Made by a program: the position numbers and the translations under genes
The notes under the pieces: generated by a model
Seen by the model: only the letters and a program-made list of their open reading frames with translations
Database searches by the model: none
Told to the model about the DNA's origin: nothing
Part shown: in pieces, positions 45,165 through 47,929 of the stretch
Position numbering within the stretch: position 1 is the stretch's first letter
Layout: every line of letters begins with the position of its first letter
From: Verrucomicrobiota bacterium
GTDB lineage: Bacteria > Verrucomicrobiota > Verrucomicrobiia > Methylacidiphilales > JBCBYL01
Assembly: GCA_039815855.1 (NCBI GenBank)
Contig: JBCBYL010000002.1
Span: forward strand, 1-47,929
Length of the DNA stretch: 47,929 bases
Direction: 5' to 3'

Positions 45165-47222
45165 ATGAAAGATTCCCTGTCCGATGCTGATTTTCTCAAG
45201 GCCTATTCCGAGGCCTCGTTGGAGCTGGGAGAATTTGATCAGTTCCGGGATGAGATTGAGTCAACCCGTTACCTGGATGAGGAATTTGTCTCCGAAGGCG
45301 GTATTAAACGTGTTTATAAGGCTTTTGACTCTACCGGGAAGCGCACCGTGGCTCGCGCCTTTCCCAAATCGGAGGAATCAAAATATCATGATACCTTTGT
45401 CCGGGAGGCTCGGCTGCACACACAATTGGAGCACCCGAATATCATTCCGATCTATGATATGGGCGTGGAGGAGGGCAAACCGTACTTCTCCATGAAGTAC
45501 ATCGATGGGGGAACCCTGCATGAGTATATCGAGGAGATGGATCCGGCAGTGCGCCAGAGTTCTGAGCACTTGAATTCGGTTTTTGACATTTTTCTCAAGG
45601 TCTGTGACGCGGTTTCCTACGCCCATTCTAAGAATATCTTACACCTCGATATCAAGCCGAAGAATATCTATCTCAATGAGTATGGGGAAGTGTATGTGGG
45701 GGACTGGGGACTCTCACGCGTGGTCGATCCCATTCTACTCGAAGAAAAGCTCTCCTACGATTCCTTAGGGCAATGCACCTTTTACGGCCATTTAACCGGC
45801 ACCCCCGGCTTCATGGCACCGGAGCAATGCCAGAAAGGAGCAAAGAAGGGCTACACCAGTGATATCTATTCGCTGGCGGTGCTACTGGTCTACTTACTCA
45901 CCGGGAAAATGGTGGTCACTGGCAGTCCGGATGAAATGATTCAAAAGACCATCGCCGGAGACCTCTTACAGCTAGACGGGTTATTAGACGATCGTTTATG
46001 CGGTGTCTTAGAGAAAGCGCTCGCTACCGATCCGTCACACCGGTATCCCTCCGTCAAAGAATTCTTGATCGACATCAATGCCTACCGCAACGGTTTCCTC
46101 ACGTCGACCGAGCAGTTTTCGGTGCTCAAACTGGCTGTCGCGATTTACAACCGAAATAGACTGGCATCAAATCTCATCATTGGTTTTGCCGTCATTCTTT
46201 TTTCGATCTCCGTGTTCTTCGTAATGGAAATCAGCCAGGCTCGGGATTATGCACTGACTCAGGAGAGGATCAGTAAGGAGAGGCTGGAACAGTATCTGGA
46301 AAGTGAAGAGGAACGCTCCAAAACGATGACCCGGGCCTATGGTTTTCTGCTCAGTGAAGGAATCGATAATTATACCCGCCGTAAATCGGGAGCCGGATTC
46401 TCGCATGAGAATTTTTTAGATGCTGAGAATATGGCGAAGACCGCACTCCAGTTTGATCCTGCCTCGCCGGAGGCTTGGGCGCTCAAAGGAAAAATCGACC
46501 TCGTCTATGGTCGTTTTAAACAGGCCTATGAGGCTTTTTCGAAGGCCGGAGCTGGATACGAAACTTATCAAGAATTATGCCAATTCGCAGAAAGCAAGGA
46601 TATCACCCAACTCCCGGATCTGGTCGCGATACTGAATCGCATACGGAGTATCGATGATAATCGCCTGTTCAATCACATGATATTCAAGGAAATGTATCGA
46701 CCCCGGCCATTGCCAAAGCAAATGGAGTTTGTCCGTGCCTTTTTGATTCTCCGAAATAATTTAGACGATTCCGTCCATTTCCAGTTTGATGAATCCCGCA
46801 TGGCATTGGATCTATCTACCAACCCGAAGTTGGAAATCCTGTACATGCTACAAAACCTTCCGCTCCGGGGGCTGGATTTATCTCACTCGGGTGTGCGCAC
46901 AGGTGATTTCATCCACCTGCAAAACTTACCGCTGGAATCTTTAGATGTTTCCCATACGTCCTTTGACGATTCTAAAATGAAGTTGTTAACCAATAAGCCA
47001 CTGGAATTCCTCTCGTTGGAAAATTGTCCGGTCAGCAACCTAAGACCACTGCAGGGGATGCCTCTGACGTATTTGAATGTGAAAGGCACGAACTGCTCTG
47101 ACTTTCGTGTTCTGAAAACACTGGCTCAGTTGGAAACGGTCGTCTGTTCGCCAAGCCAAAAATCAGCCATCGAACAAAACCTGCCTGCCGGGAGTCAGGT
47201 CAGAATCATGACGCAACAGTAA
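45165..47222 (+). CDS. Membrane-anchored Ser/Thr protein kinase with extracytoplasmic TPR-like and leucine-rich-repeat region
   Basis: 685 aa. The kinase motifs are HLDIKPKN, VGDWGLSR and GTPGFMAPE. One TM helix is LIIGFAVILFSISVFFVMEI (about 46170-46240). The C-terminal LRR-like units include LQNLPLRGLDLSHSGV, LQNLPLESLDVSHTSF and PLEFLSLENCPV. Confidence 0.85.
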   Translation: MKDSLSDADFLKAYSEASLELGEFDQFRDEIESTRYLDEEFVSEGGIKRVYKAFDSTGKRTVARAFPKSEESKYHDTFVREARLHTQLEHPNIIPIYDMGVEEGKPYFSMKYIDGGTLHEYIEEMDPAVRQSSEHLNSVFDIFLKVCDAVSYAHSKNILHLDIKPKNIYLNEYGEVYVGDWGLSRVVDPILLEEKLSYDSLGQCTFYGHLTGTPGFMAPEQCQKGAKKGYTSDIYSLAVLLVYLLTGKMVVTGSPDEMIQKTIAGDLLQLDGLLDDRLCGVLEKALATDPSHRYPSVKEFLIDINAYRNGFLTSTEQFSVLKLAVAIYNRNRLASNLIIGFAVILFSISVFFVMEISQARDYALTQERISKERLEQYLESEEERSKTMTRAYGFLLSEGIDNYTRRKSGAGFSHENFLDAENMAKTALQFDPASPEAWALKGKIDLVYGRFKQAYEAFSKAGAGYETYQELCQFAESKDITQLPDLVAILNRIRSIDDNRLFNHMIFKEMYRPRPLPKQMEFVRAFLILRNNLDDSVHFQFDESRMALDLSTNPKLEILYMLQNLPLRGLDLSHSGVRTGDFIHLQNLPLESLDVSHTSFDDSKMKLLTNKPLEFLSLENCPVSNLRPLQGMPLTYLNVKGTNCSDFRVLKTLAQLETVVCSPSQKSAIEQNLPAGSQVRIMTQQ

Positions 47223-47312
47223 GACTGGTCCGGCACTGATGAAAAAATCACTGGCCAAGGATACTGTTTTCGTTTCAAGAAGAAAGACAGATAGGTGAAT
47301 TTTGGACAGGCT

Positions 47313-47929
47313 CTATTTCTTCTTTTTGCCTGACTTCGAGCCCCGGTAGGGTTTCAAGGTTTCGTTGAGTTGCTTGGCGATCTCCAGCGACTTGTTCTGG
47401 CGGATCAGATTCGCCCGTTCCTCAGGATCGTTGGTGTGATCGTAAAGCTCCCATTGGTCGAGTGATTCTCCGTAACGGGTGAATCGATACTGCTCTGTCC
47501 GGATGGAATAACCGACATTGTTCTGGCCAATTGCTGGTCGTGCCCAGGCCGCCTTTGGATTCTCCATCAAGGGGCGCAGTGATGCGCCTTCAAGTTTGCT
47601 TTGGGGCGTCAATCCTGCCAGATCGGTCACCGTAGGGTAGATGTCCAAGAGCTCGACCACGCGCTCACAGTCCCCTGGGGCCATTCCCGGAGCAGCGATG
47701 ATCAGCGGTGAACGAAAGGCCGTTTCGTAGTTCTTGAACTTATACCAGAGGGCTTTTTCTCCGATGAAATAACCATGATCGGACCAGAAGACGATAATCG
47801 TTTTGTCCATGAGACCATTGTCCTCTAGTGCATCGAGCATCAAGCCCACTTGAGCATCAAGAAATGTAATGGACGCAAAGTAGGCCTGCCGCAAACGACG
47901 GATATGCTCGATGGGCATGTCTTTGATAT
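47313..47929 (-). CDS. Sulfatase, C-terminal part (5' end lies beyond the window)
   Basis: The reading frame is open to the window edge. IIVFWSDHGYFIGEKALW, DIYPTVTDLAGL and ELYDHTNDPEE are typical of the sulfatase C-terminal half. The tail is Lys-rich. Confidence 0.85.
   Translation of the reverse strand, partial: IKDMPIEHIRRLRQAYFASITFLDAQVGLMLDALEDNGLMDKTIIVFWSDHGYFIGEKALWYKFKNYETAFRSPLIIAAPGMAPGDCERVVELLDIYPTVTDLAGLTPQSKLEGASLRPLMENPKAAWARPAIGQNNVGYSIRTEQYRFTRYGESLDQWELYDHTNDPEERANLIRQNKSLEIAKQLNETLKPYRGSKSGKKKK

Overview
This is about 48 kb of bacterial chromosome with intermediate GC content. It is most likely from a marine member of the PVC group, probably Verrucomicrobiota. That placement is an inference from five Cys-type sulfatase genes, a prepilin-type cassette I remember as Verrucomicrobia-specific, and DUF1080/DUF4174-type secreted proteins. 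All family names rest on motifs read by eye, because no homology search could be run. The left half (1-22.6 kb) is mostly housekeeping: nrdA, dnaE, rpsU, cca, malic enzyme, NUDIX and an ABC1 kinase. It also holds an operon ending in an unusual three-domain glycosyltransferase fusion. The right half (22.8-47.9 kb) is an accessory-looking island. It contains five sulfatases, a lipoprotein-type acetolactate decarboxylase, and five translationally coupled genes encoding three prepilin-type proteins, a 1359-aa GspK-like giant and a secreted protein. It also contains a 1911-aa secreted multidomain protein ending in a di-heme peroxidase-like module, a VapBC pair and a membrane Ser/Thr kinase with LRRs. 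The non-coding signals are as follows. A composite GC-rich hairpin repeat family occurs at three intergenic loci in the same orientation, and two copies share a roughly 97% identical 199-nt core. A perfect 16-bp hairpin buries a start codon. Candidate NrdR boxes lie upstream of nrdA. I found no rRNA, tRNA, CRISPR array, transposase or integrase.
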